A DNA stretch of 64,000 bases from the human T2T-CHM13v2.0 reference genome, Homo sapiens: the NCBI RefSeq assembly GCF_009914755.1, contig NC_060941.1. The stretch is one strand, 5' to 3'. The stretch's first letter is position 1, and every line of letters starts with the position of its first letter. A model generated the notes under the pieces. That model made no database searches. It saw only the letters and a program-made list of their open reading frames with translations, and was not told the origin of the DNA. A program made the translations under genes and the position numbers. Below are positions 19,719 to 36,239 of the stretch, piece by piece.

Positions 19719-21196
19719 TCACAGCAGTTGTTCAGTCCCCTCTTATTTATCATGAAAATTCCTCGTGGGCAGGGTCACAGTAAAATATAGGATCAAGTTC
19801 TAAGAAATTAATAGTTAAATTCAACACCACAGCTCTCTGGTCGTAGGCAATTTTTACATTTTGCTGCAAACACTAGTACATAGAAGCTGTCAGTTTTTCC
19901 CCAATTGAAATGATCTTATTTTGCTAATATCCTTATAATTGCAAAACACAAATATTTTAAATGAAGAGTGCTACACTCAAACTGTCATAATCTAGTTTAG
20001 CAGGCAAGGCGTACATAAATAATTCAACATTTTAAAGTCTACCCCAAAACCAATCATTTACAATGATTAATCCAGTTTAATGCAAAGAACTAGGTGAATT
20101 TACAGCTGATTTTGGATTTGAAGATGCACTGCTGGAATTACAATGTGAGAGAAGCCTGGTGAGCAGTCGTAGGTCTGCAGAGACCACAGGTTTTATATCT
20201 TTTGAATTCCAAGTAGTCAAGGAATGATCATCAATAAGAGAGGAACTGCAAGCGTTAAAAACACATTAGATCACAGAAGCCATCAATCAGGCACAAACAA
20301 ACAAACAAACAAAAAACCAGTTCTTAAATTTTAAAATATGCTACGTAGCAGGGTGGTCTACAAATTTCTTTTCTTGTCTTTTTTTTTTTGAGACAGGGTC
20401 ATGCTCTGGCACCCAGGCTGGAGTGCAGTGGCGCAATTACGGCTCAGTGCAGCCTCCACCTCCTAGGCTCAAGTGATCCTCCCACCTCAGTCTTCTGAGT
20501 AGCAGGGACTATAGGTGTGTGCCACCATGCCTAGCTAATTTTTGTATTTTTTGTAGAGATGGGGTTCTGCCATGTCGCCCAGACTGGTACAAATTTGAAT
20601 CTTCACTTTAATTTCTAAATCTCAATGATGCCATCAGCCAAGAAACTTTCACATGTGGTGTAGCTTGACACAGATCAGTGTAGCATGTTATGTCTCCGTT
20701 AATTATGGCTAAGGCAAAAAAAAAAAAAAAAAGCCACAGGCTGAATGAAATCATTAAATTCTCTCTAGTATTTGCAGGAAGAGAAGAGCCATTCTACAGA
20801 GAAATCTGGTGCGCACGAAGCCACAACCTCTTTGTTTTGGCAAAGCAGCTTCTAGAAAAACCTCAAGTGGAAAGGGGACAGGGCAGAGAGGAGACCCCAG
20901 TGCAGTGGCCGTCTGTTTTTTAAAAGAGATAGGGAGTTACAATGTTGCCCAGGCTGGCCTTGAACTCCTGTGCGCAGGTGATTCTCTCACTTCAGCCTCC
21001 CAAGTAGCTGCAACTACAGGTGCACATCACCACACCCAGCCCATTTCTTTCATCTTAATCTGACAGGTCGTTGTTTAAAATGTCCTGAAATCACCCCCAG
21101 GAGTACGTAAAAACAGTAAAAAGTAAAAATAGCAGCCGGGTGCCATGGCTCACGCCTGTAATCCCAGCACTTTGGGAGGCTGAGGCAGGTAGATCA

Positions 21197-21478
<282 letters not shown>

Positions 21479-21658
21479 CTATTTAAGAAGGAATGATTAT
21501 AAATACATACGTGTATTTCTTTGAATTTGAAAAAATGGGTCAGGCACGGTGGCTCATGCCTGCAATCCCAGCACTTTTGGAGGCCAAGGCAGGCAGATCA
21601 CTTGAGGTCAGTAGTTCCAGACCAGCCTGGCCAACATGGTGAAACCCCATCTCTACTA

Positions 21659-21931
<273 letters not shown>

Positions 21932-22379
21932 TCAGACTTCTGACCATTCTTTTGAGATTTTTTTCATTTCACAGGTAGAGAAATAAGAAATATATTTTAT
22001 TACAAAACAAAACTAACAACAAAAAAGGCACTCCCTAAAAATCTGAAGATGATGAAACAAACGAACCTCTGTCCTGACTCCATGCAGAAAATTCAGAGTG
22101 GAAACGTTCCAAATGACTTTGAAATCCATCATGAGAGTCTCCAAGGACAAAAAAGAATTGTAAAAGTAAAAAAGTAGCTATTTTCAGAAATCACTTTGTT
22201 GATGGTAATGTTACTTTTGAGACTCCTGGGGCATATTGTGAGATAAAGTTAATGAGTAATATGTTGGCTGAGGACTGGAGTTTTTGGCATGGGATTCTTT
22301 TATTTTTTTAAGAGATAGGGTCTTCTGTGTTGCCCAGGCTGGCCTCAAACACCTGAGCTCAAGTGATCCCCCCGCCTCA

Positions 22380-22652
<273 letters not shown>

Positions 22653-22670
22653 TTAGCTGGATGTGGTGGC

Positions 22671-22768
22671 AAGGAAGGAAGGGAGGGAGGGAGGAAGTGG
22701 AAGAGGGAAGGAGAGGGATGGGAAAGGAAGGGGAGGGGAGAGGAGGAAAGGAAAAGAAAGGAAAGGAA
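22671..22768. repeat. Polypurine (GGAA/GGGA) low-complexity tract
   Basis: About 100 nt of almost pure A/G, replacing the right arm of an Alu. Confidence 0.9.
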
Positions 22769-23211
22769 TCAACAAGAACTTGCAACATATTTCATCTTAA
22801 AAATAGTAATTCCTAGCTCTGCTGAAAAAGCCTCTAAAAACAATGACTAACCTGGTACCATCCCTAGTGCCCAGATGAATACCTTTAAATACGACTTCCC
22901 AGCAAAATAAACCAGATCTCCTGGGAGAAATGGTTGATTCCAGATCTGAGAGAGGAAAAAATATGAGCCTAGAACAACCTGTGATACCAGAAAGCAAGGA
23001 AGCCACCAAAGACTACAGTGGATATGATAAAAAAGACTCACGAGCCAAGTTGAATAAATTCTCCATGGCCAAAGGCGGTTAACTGTGCCTCAGTAGAGAT
23101 AGTAAGTGTAATGAATTGAAAAATGTAGCCTCAACCCGGGAGGCAGAGCTTGCAGTGAGCTGAGATCCTGCCATTGCACTCCAGCCCAGGCGACAGAGCG
23201 AGACTCCGTCT

Positions 23212-23212
<1 letters not shown>

Positions 23213-23277
<65 letters not shown>
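23213..23277. repeat. A~30-(TA)~17 compound repeat in the tail of a 5'-truncated AluY
   Basis: Read directly from the sequence. Confidence 0.9.
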
Positions 23278-23283
<6 letters not shown>

Positions 23284-23556
23284 ATTGTAATACAGCGGGG
23301 CACAGTGGCTCACACCTGTAATCTCAGCACTTTGGGAGGCAGAAGCAGGAGGATCACTTGAGCCCAGGAGTTCGAGACCAGCATGGGCAACATAGTAAGA
23401 CCCCATCTCTATTTAATAAAAAGAAAAAAAAAAGTAATCCATGACTTCATAAGATGCTACAAAGGAAAACCAAACCACCCTCTTTGGTCACTTTTGGAAG
23501 ATGCTAGGGAACCACCAACTCATTGTTTTTATTTATTTTACTTTTTTACTTTTTGA

Positions 23557-23715
<159 letters not shown>

Positions 23716-23861
23716 TAGTAGAGACAGGGTTTCTCCATGTTGGTTGGGCTGGTCTCGAACTCCCGACCTCAGGTGATCCACCCGCTTCGGCCTCCCAAAG
23801 CGCTGGGATTACAGGCATGAGCCACTGTGCCCAGCCAACTCATTATTTTTAAAACTGATAA

Positions 23862-24199
<338 letters not shown>

Positions 24200-24378
24200 T
24201 GAACTGTACTTCAAAGTTACTAATAACTAATAGGAGAAGTTTCCTTTCATAGAAGTACCTCAGCTAATAAATGAAGGGACGAATAGAATTGGAATATCAT
24301 TATTTGCAACTCTAAATGAATTAATGGATCTAGGCAATGATCATCAATGACTGCTCACATCATGAAGACACAATCTAA

Positions 24379-25397
<1,019 letters not shown>

Positions 25398-25628
25398 TAG
25401 ATATATTTTTAGAATTTTTTTTTAAATTGAAATATAGATACAGAAAAGCACATCTGTTATAAACGTTAAGTCTTAAGAACTTATTTACCAGGAACCCCAA
25501 TTCCCTCTCATGCTCATTGGCCATTACCAATCCCTCTCTCAGTATCCCAATTTCTATCACCATGGGTTGTACCTGTTTGCAGGCTTCAGTATCTGACTTC
25601 TTTCATGTAAATTATTAAATAATAATAA

Positions 25629-25863
<235 letters not shown>

Positions 25864-26586
25864 TGACCCACCTGCCTCTGCCTCCCAAAATGCTAGGATT
25901 ACATGTGGGAGCTGCTGCACCCAGCCTTTTCGTGTAAATCATGTGTATGGGATTCATTCATATTGTTGTGAAGGCAGGTTCATTCACTGGAACAGAATTA
26001 CTGTTTAGTTTCCATCTTCTGAATATACTACAACTTATTTACCCTTTCTACTATTTAGAGACATTTCAGTGGCTTCTAGTTTAGGGCTATTATGAATAAT
26101 GTTGCTGTGAACATTCTTGTACAATGTTTGTGATACGTGTGAATACACATTTCTTTTGGATATAAACTTAGGAGTGGAATTGCTGGGTCACAGGGTATGA
26201 GCAAGCTCAGCTCTCATAAATCTTCCTAAAGATATGTTCTCCTGAATGTTACCAGTTGACACCCAGCTGCATGAGAGGATCGGCAATTGCTCTGCATCCT
26301 TGCCAACGCTGGATGGTCTATCCAGTATGCCATTATGCTTTTCATTTGCAGTTCTCTAATAACTAATGAGATTTAACATCCTTTTTGGTATCTTTTGACT
26401 CAAAAATAAATAAATAAATAAAATGCCTGTGAATTGGGGAGTCTGCAATCTGCATTTTGGGGAATAGATGGTTTAAAATTAAATGTTTAAAAATAACCTT
26501 ATCATTTGCCATAATTTGTAGAAATAACAACGGAGCAAGAGAAATAACAACAAGGATATAATAACAATAATAACAAGGAGAAATAA

Positions 26587-26835
<249 letters not shown>

Positions 26836-27046
26836 TAGCCAGGATGGTCTCGATCTCCTGACCTCGTGATCCGCCTGCCTTGGCCTCCCAAAGTGCTGGG
26901 ATTACAGGTGTGAGCCACCACGCCCAGCTTAAATGTGACTCAATGTTAAATTAGTTTGCATTTTAGGCTGGGTGCAATGGCTTATGCCTGTAATCCCAGC
27001 ACTGTGGGAGGCCGAGGAAGGTGGATCACTTGAGCCCAGGAGTTCA

Positions 27047-27244
<198 letters not shown>

Positions 27245-27263
27245 TCAAAATAAAAAAAAAAAT

Positions 27264-27359
27264 TAAGCTTGGTGGAATTATTTATATCCGACGCTCACGG
27301 TCATCGCCAAGGTCTGAGTTTTCACAAAAAAAAAACTTGCAACTTCCGGCATAAATGGG
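27264..27359. mobile_element. MER85 (piggyBac/PGBD3-derived MITE) fragment with one terminal inverted repeat and a TTAA target
   Basis: The reverse complement reads TTAA-CCCATTTATGCC-GGAAGTTGCAA...TCAGACCTTGGCGATGACC...GGATATAAATAA, matching the recalled MER85 consensus. TTAA at 27360-27363. Confidence 0.8.
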
Positions 27360-27474
27360 TTAATGGTCAGAGGAGGAATCTCCAGGCAGAGGGATTAGAG
27401 AGCTGTAGCTCAACATGACTGGAGTAACAAATACAGGGGCAGGTGGGAAGAAATGGTGGGAAATGACAACACAA

Positions 27475-27620
27475 TATATTTTACTGAGCATTACTACATA
27501 CCAGGCACTAAGTTAAGTACACTTAATCCTCAAAACAACCCTATGTGGTAGATACTATTATTCTTCCCCATTTTACAGATGAGGAAACTGAAGTTTAGCG
27601 AAGTTAAGTAGCCTGTTCTA
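27475..27620. mobile_element. MIR SINE
   Basis: MIR core CCCATTTTACAGATGAGGAAACTGA preceded by TTAATCCTCAAAACAACCCTATG. Confidence 0.8.
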
Positions 27621-30313
27621 TGTAAAGCCAGACAGGGACCAGCTCACAAAAGGCCTTTTCCACACCTATGCAAGAAGGTTTTGGTGTTATCCACAGTACC
27701 TCAGTTAAACAAAACACCAGTGTAAAGTATGCCACAAGGAAGTTTATGCAGAGTATAGATAACTGAAAGAGATCAATGCAGTTAAGTCCAGAGGAAGGGA
27801 GAGATGTCCAGGTTCTATGGGCTGAATGCTTATGGGAGCTCTATGCAAGTAAGTTGGAACTGGGCTGGGTTGCAGTGGAGGACGTCAGAGGGAAGGATCA
27901 GAACAGGGTATGAGCAAAGGCTGTACAAAGTCAGCTCTGACTTCGGCACCATGGGAAGGCTGTGGAGACAGTACAGTCAGGACAACTGGGAGTGATTAGG
28001 ATGGAAAGTCAGGACAGATCTGGGAGGCCCAAGGAGCCAAACGAGGAGCTGTACTTCCTCCCACTTGTGGTAGGTGGCCACTCAGGAGTGGGTGAGCAGG
28101 ATGCTGACTGCAGGATGAATCCAGTCACTCGCAGATGAGAAACTGCTAGGATGGTCCATAAGCAAGATGTGAGGCCATCATGAGCAGGTTCTGGCCAGGC
28201 CAGGAACAACATAGGGCCGTGGCGGGCAGAGTGTCAGAGTGACATTAGGTGCTCAGGCTGTGAAATCAGACTCATCTGGGTTCTAACCTGACTTTTTGGA
28301 GCCTGCAGTAGACGTAGTTCACTCGATTGCTGTCAGGTGGAAATAAAATGAGACTATAATGTATGTGAAGTATTCAAACAACAACAAATATTATATCCAG
28401 TGCTTCAAATCTACTAAATCTACTGGATCCTGCGCACGATGTTGCTCTTTAACGCAAGTCCTACACCATTCCTTTAAACATACAACAAACACTGGGAACG
28501 CCACCCACCGACCTACGAGTCAGACGCTGGCGACTCCTCCTCCATAAAGCGGTCTTTGACTAGCCCCAGCCTGAGCCACTTCCTTTTCTCAACTCCTGGC
28601 CACTCCTGCCCCTACCACTCAGCACTTACTCACATGCAAATCTGCTGCAGATCGGGATCAATAGCTCCACGTGTTTTTCTTTCCTATAAAACTCATCATT
28701 GTGAGTAACAGAAAACAATGTCTGATTTGTTTATCATCACAATGAAGACCACACTTAAGAAGAAAAGTAACTAAGAAGAGGGTCCTAAGCTTTGGTTTTG
28801 CTCAAGAGCTCAGCCCCTGTCCATCTTGTAGCATAATGCACAGCCTGGTACAGTACTGGTTTTCAAACTATTTTTATTCAAACTTCTTTTTATTTTGAGA
28901 CCCAGTCTCACTCTGTCACCCAGGCTGGTGGGCAACGGCGTGACCTCGGCTCACTGTAACCTCCGCCCACTGTAACCTCCGCCTTGCAGGTTCAAGCGAT
29001 TCTCCTGCCTCAGTCTCCCCAGTAGCTGGGATTACAGGTGTGCACCACCACGCCCAGCTAACTTTTGTATTTTTAGTAGAGATGGGGTTTCATCATGTTG
29101 GCCAGGCTGGTCTCAAACTCCTGACTTCAGGTGATCACCACCTTGGCCTCCCAAAGTGCTGGGATCACAGGCATCAGCCACCACGGCCAGCCCAAACCAT
29201 TTCTTAACAGCAGGACACTTTCAACAAATAAATCAACACATAATAATGATAAAAGCAGATGAGCTCTTTAAAATGAGAGGGAGGTCTCAAGTACCAGCCT
29301 GATGTCTGCCCCACCCTGGGGCACCTACCTGGCATCCCTCAGCTATGTGGACAAGACTGAAAACCTAAGGAGAAGGGAGCTGGGCACTGTCAGGATACCC
29401 AGCTCCAACATGCACAAAGTTGCCTAATTAATTTGACACCTCTCCTCCATCTGCTCTCCAAAAAGCCCTCTAGTTCTTACTCCCTAGACAGCCACGTCCC
29501 AGGCTTAAAGGTAATGTCTTCAATGCAGGGGATCCTTTTTAAGCCCAGAGTTCCTGAGCAGTGCTCACACCAAGAGTGAACAACTCACTAGGGCTACACT
29601 TTCCCCTTTTTCTCCTAACAAACGTCAAACTTCCTTCAAGCAAACCAAAACAAAGCTAAAATAATGCTTTCGGCAATTAGCGGAGAGCTGGAACAAAGAG
29701 GTAAGTGGCTTGTTAGAATTCTGCAGAGAACAGTTTGTAGAACATGCTTCCTTATATTCATCATTAGCTGAAATTATGGAACAAAATTCTATCAACATTA
29801 GGACCTTTTTGTTGCTAAAAGAAATCCAGACAACAGGAATGGGCTGAGTGTGGGCACTTGAATCACCAGTGAATTAGAATTTTTCAGCATTCAGCACCAA
29901 CAGAAACGAGTCAGTAGGCCTGAGATAAGTGAAAACAGAAGTTGCCATAGTAACTTGCACATTTACCCTAAAATGGCGGGAGTGGGGGTGGGGAAATAGG
30001 TCAATGTTTCTGCTTAACTAGCTCTATTCCTTGTCTAAAGCAGCATCCTCCTCCTTCCTTACCCCCACCAGGAGCAAGAGGGGGAAAGTCAGATGGGGTT
30101 TTCAAAAAACGAGGGTGGGGAGAGAGGTCTAGGAAGAGGGAAGAGAACCAAGAGGATGGCTAAATAAAAACCTCGTGAGTACCCTGGGACGACCCCCTGG
30201 GGAAAGCAGTTGCCGATCAAGGGCAGCAGTGCTAAGAAACTGTTGCTGGGTTACTACAAATCAGGAATTGCCGTTTTTTCCTGTAGCGGCTGAAGTGCGT
30301 CTAACAGAACACT

Positions 30314-30522
30314 TGGGAGTGCATTATTAGCAGCTTGGGGCTGGGGTAGTGGTGGGGAGGAAGGAAGACTCTGGCAGGGGGGAGTCTGGGGCCCTCAGCA
30401 TTCTCTGATGGTTGAGATGGGAGTGCATTATTAGCGGCTTGGGGCTGGGGTAGTGGTGGGGAGGGAGGAAGACTCTGGTAGGGGGGGAATCTGGGGCCCT
30501 CAGCATTCTCTGATGGTTGAGA
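30314..30522. repeat. G-rich tandem duplication, 2 x ~104 bp
   Basis: Units 30314-30417 and 30418-30522 differ at only a few positions. Confidence 0.93.
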
Positions 30523-31571
30523 ACTATGAACGGGGCTGAAGGATGCCCCAAAACAGAGGAGAGGAGGGGAGGGAAGCTTAGGGGGTTCCTTTGCAAAATA
30601 AGCTGGTTTTGTTAACACAGAAGCAGTGCCCTTTACTACGTGGACCTGACAAGGCTACTCATGCAGGAGGGCCCGGAGGACTCGGTCTCGGAGCTGGTGT
30701 GGAGTGCCAGGGTGCTTTATCTGCTCTTCCACCTGCAGCGCCGACACATGTGGGAGGCGGGTGAAGCAGAAAGCACTTGAAAACAGGTGCAGTTCCAGTT
30801 TGCTGCAGCTGTTAGTGTCTCCACGGGGATAACTCAGAGCATTACTAATGATTTTAACCATGTGGTGTGAGGGCCCTGATATTCTAGAAAATGACAGAAA
30901 GGATAATTCTTCGGGGTGGTGAGGGGTGTCAAAAAAGGAGAAGCATCTTTTTAACCAGAGACTATTTCAAACACAAACCTCTAGATAACTTACTGCACTG
31001 TCCAGGAGTCTACCCTTCATGGAAGGGCCATTCAAATGGCACTGGGGAGTGTAATTGAACCCAGCAGCACTTCTAGCTGCAGAGTAGGACAGGCTCAACC
31101 TCGGATTTAAGCTCCTGTTTTCAGAAACATGGTAGTATCTGCAAATTGTTCCCTTGTGCTACATGTCTCTACTCCTCTACCCTACAAGAGCAGGAGAAGA
31201 GACTCAGACACACAGCAACATGTAAGATGACGTTAGAGACCAAGAGCAGCCAAGAGCTTGGAAGAACAGCACCCAGAACAAGCCCACTGTAGGCGCTGAG
31301 GGAGCAAAGCAGCAGGTGTCAGGTCCCCGCACATACTAAGAAAGGAAGAGCACCTGCTGGGCAGTGTGTGCAGACACTTCAGCTGGGAATCTCCAGGCAA
31401 CAAGAAGCCAACCACACCTGGGAGGGAACTGTGAGAAGCAACAGATGCTGTTCTGTCACTGCCCGGAAAATCATTCAGTCTGGCCAGCTCAGAGGTGGTT
31501 TTCCTTTACCTATAGCAGCACTGAGGACAAAGAGACATCTGTGAACAAACCTTTTTTTTTTTTTTTTTTGA

Positions 31572-31769
<198 letters not shown>

Positions 31770-32201
31770 TAGGCTGGTTTCGAACTCCTGAGTTCAAGTG
31801 ATCTGCCCGCCTCGGCCTCCCAAAGTGTTGAGATCACAGGTGTGAGCCACCAGGCCTGGACACAAATCATTTCTTTAAACTTTTTATTCCAGAAAATGTT
31901 CTAGCACACACAAAATAGAAAGGAATAATGATCTATCACCCAGCTTCAAAAATGGTTAAGATTCTAGTGCTAATCTGAAAGCCAAGACAGAACCCTTCAT
32001 TAAAATGATCCCCAAGTGTTGCACATCAAAAGCCTGCAATCCAAAAAGTCAACTTCTACGTTCTCCAGGAGCCCCAAGAGGCAGCTATTCTAGGAAAGCA
32101 GCAGTGGTAAGGAAAAGAAAGAGACCTCATTTTCAATTCTTGAGGAATGTCCACCAGCGTAATTATATCTGCAAAATGTTTCTACAGGTTATGTTACCTG
32201 A

Positions 32202-32393
<192 letters not shown>

Positions 32394-32788
32394 TAATTTT
32401 TGCATTTTTAGCAGAGACACAGTTTCACCATGTTGGCCAGGCAGGTCTCAAACTCCTGGCCTCAAGTTATCCGCCCAGCTCGGCTTCCCAAAGTGCTGGG
32501 ATTACAGGCATAAGCCACCATGCCCAGCCAAATTTTTAATTCCTAAAAGATACATTTCTGTCAGCTGAGCAAAAATCACTATGTTGTACAGACTCACAGA
32601 GGAAGGCTCCACAGTCTCCAGGACCAGCCTTCTAGGACTGTGTCTTGGTTACAACCCCTTTCCATTCTGACATAAGCATTTGGGACAAACTTCAGTTAAA
32701 CAGGACACTACCAATTCAGTTCACTTATGATGGACTGAAACCCACCATGTGCTGGCAGGTGGTGAAGCGGAGCAAGGTCTGTACTTAC

Positions 32789-32878
32789 TGGTACTGTGAC
32801 ATCATCATAAAAACTCCAAGCTAAGGCCCATCTCATTGTCCGACCTTGACAGAATTCAGTGTACGTTACTTTGGGAAC
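32789..32878 (-). CDS. METTL16: METTL16 coding exon (exon 8, 90 nt): VPKVTYTEFCQGRTMRWALAWSFYDDVTVP
   Basis: Peptide lies within ORF 32708..32908. Acceptor ggtttcag|GTT and donor CCA|gtaagt. Confidence 0.97.
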
Positions 32879-33149
32879 CTGAAACCAACAAAGACAGCAT
32901 CTCATCAAACTGCAATCATTCTACCAATATGTTTCTGGCTGCTGCGTCATGCCATATTATGTTGATCCTTCTTTTTAATCAGTTAACAAACAATATTACC
33001 AAACAACAGTTATAGATAGCTGCCTAATAATGAATGAATAAATCATCTCTCAACAAAGTTATATTTTTTCCTCCCATAAAACATAAGAGAATTTACAGAT
33101 ATGACTTGAAGGTTCAAATATATGAAACACTGAAAACACAGCTCTTTAG

Positions 33150-33440
<291 letters not shown>

Positions 33441-34831
33441 TGAGATTACAGGTGTGAGCCACCACACCCAGCCTCAAGTGATTTTTTGTTTTCTTTTTTA
33501 GAAAGAAAGTCAACCAAAGTCTGGGCTAGACACAGGTAGGTAATCTGTTTTATCAATCAGATTTTAGGAAAGGTAAAGGAACTAGTTTGTAGCTCTCACA
33601 ATTTACCCAAGAAATGGTATTGTGAGGAAAAGAGGAGGAATAGGACGTCAGAGAGAAACCAGAGACCAGAAACTCTGCTCCTCCCACTGGCTTGCATCTG
33701 ACCCTTTTGCTGAGAAGTCCTCTGACTCACACTAAAAACCAGAAACTGGGAGGAAAGTGGAAGTGGCGGTGGGAGTATTTATTTTATTTAAAAGAAAATT
33801 TTTTGGGGAGACAGGGTCTCGCTCTGTCGTCCAGATTGTAGTGCAGTGGCGTGATCTTAGCTTGCTGCAACTTCAACTTTCCGGGCTCAATGGATCCTCC
33901 CACCTCAGCCTCCTGGGTAGTGGGGACTACAAGCACGCGCCATCACACTTGGCTAACTTTTTGTATTTTTTTGTTGAGATGAGATTTCGCTGTGTTGCCC
34001 AGGCTGGTCTTGAATTCCTAGGTTCAAGCAATCTGCCCGCCTCAGCCTCCCAAAGTGCTGTGATTACAGACATGAGCCACTTTGCCCGGCCTGGGAGTAC
34101 TTACTTGCGACCTGCCTTCTGAAACAGGAGCACGGGGCTCTGCTCTTGTGGAATGTCATCCTAGTGGGAAGCACAGGGGACCGAGACCGTGTGCTGGTGC
34201 TGTTCCCCCAGAGCTAACTGCATGGCCCACAACAAGCCCTTAAACCTATGTAGCTTGAGTTTCTGGATCTATAAAGGAGTGAGTTGAACTTGTCTTGGAG
34301 GCATAGTAAAAAATAAAAATTAAAAAAATATTAAAAAGGAGTTCGATGTGAGGTCAGTGGTAGATACCAGGTTTTTTGATTTCTGGCTTCTCTCTGACAT
34401 TCTACTCACCCTGTTTTTCTCCACCTTTCTCTATAATTGTCAAAAAAGGCCTTGTTTTAATAATCTATAAAAAATATATTTTAGCCCTAAAAATATAAAA
34501 CTTAGAAAACAAAACAAAAAACATATTTAGAGTTTTAGAGTATAAAGAAAATTCTATACTCAAAACTACCATCAGAGTAGACACAGGTCAGGTGCATGGG
34601 TCACGCCTGTAATCCCAGCACTTTGGGAGGCCAAGGTGGAAGGATCACTTGAGGCCAGTAGTTTGAGACCAGCCTGGGCAATACAGCAAGACCCTATCTT
34701 TATAAAAAATAAGGATTACTTGAGTACAGGAGTTTGAACTAGTCTGGGCAACACAGAGAGACCTTGTTTCTACTAAAAATTTAAAAATTAGCTGGGCGTG
34801 GTGGTGTGTGCCAACAGTCCCAGCTACTTGA

Positions 34832-35207
<376 letters not shown>

Positions 35208-35714
35208 TGAGCCACTGCGCCCAGCCCGACCCCATTTCTCAAAAAAAAACAAAAACAAAACAGTAGATATATGAAAAAAAACCTCAAGATGGACTAAAGA
35301 CTTGAATATAAGACCTGAAAGTACAAAAAATACTAGAAGACTTGGTCCCAAAGGAAAAGAAATCATTAGGTGGGGTGCAATGGTGCACACCTGTAATCCC
35401 AGCACTTTGGGAGGCTGAGGTGAGAGGACTGCTTGAGCCCAGGAATTTGAGACCAGCCTGGGCAACATGGCAAGACCCCATCACTACTAAAGAAAAACAA
35501 AATTAGCTAGGCATGGTGCCATCTGCCTATAGTCCCAGCTACTCAGGAGGCTGAGGTAGGAGGATGGGTTGAGCCCAGGAGTTCAAGGTTACAGTGAGTC
35601 ATGATCCCACCACTGTACTCCAGCCTGGGAACAGAGCTAGACTTGATCTCAAAAAAAAAAAAAAAAAAAAAAAAAAGAAGAAGAAGAAGAAGAAAAGAAA
35701 AGAAAGAAAAGATA

Positions 35715-36130
35715 TCTGGACTTGAATAAACTTAAGTATCCATCAACAAAGGACTGGATTTTAAAAATGCAGTATACATACACAATGGAATACTATTCAG
35801 CCATAAAAAAGAATGAAATTGTGTCTTCAGCAACATGGACAGAACTGGAGGCCATTATCTTAAGTGAAACAACTGAGACAAATACCACGTGTTCTTACTT
35901 CTAAGTAGGAGTTAAATAATGTGTACACATGGAAGCAAAGTATGGAATGACGGGCAAAGGGAGACTTGTGGTTGGGGAGTGGGAGACCGGGTGACGGGAG
36001 GTTGCTTGGTGGGTAGGACATGCACAACGACATGAATTGTTCCGGTGACAGTTACACTGAAAGCCCTGACTTCACCACAATGCAATATATCAATGTAGCA
36101 AAACTGTACTTGTGCCCCATGGATACAAAG
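35715..36130 (+). mobile_element. L1 (L1MA-like) 3' end, ending ~40 nt from the exon 7 donor
   Basis: ACAATGGAATACTATTCAGCCATAAAAAAGAATGAAAT...GAACTGGAGGCCATTATCTTAAGTGAA...AAAGCCCTGACTTCACCAC. Confidence 0.85.
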
Positions 36131-36169
36131 AAAAGTAGCTACACGAGAACAGTAATGAGGAAGCCTCAC

Positions 36170-36239
36170 CCCTTGTATGCGAAGCTCCTCCTTCAGAGGC
36201 GCCAGGCTGCATTTCTTTCCCAGCATGCAGCTATACCAT
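36170..36239 (-). CDS. METTL16: METTL16 coding exon (exon 7, 70 nt): WYSCMLGKKCSLAPLKEELRIQG
   Basis: Peptide lies within ORF 35912..36262. Acceptor tttttcctag|A and donor GGG|gtgagg. The phase-2 start completes AG|A (Arg). Confidence 0.97.

Noticed and set aside
20795-20803. TACAGAGAA, the METTL16 target nonamer (also TACAGAAAA at 25439-25447), as an autoregulatory site
   Set aside because: Both are on the plus strand, antisense to the METTL16 transcript. About 0.5 hits per 9-mer are expected by chance in 64 kb on two strands, and no MAT2A-like hairpin is evident. I found no sense-strand copy by eye.
30301-30618. Proline-rich ORFs with repeated SQPSENAEGPR
   Set aside because: Artefact of the G-rich tandem duplication; there is no convincing gene context.
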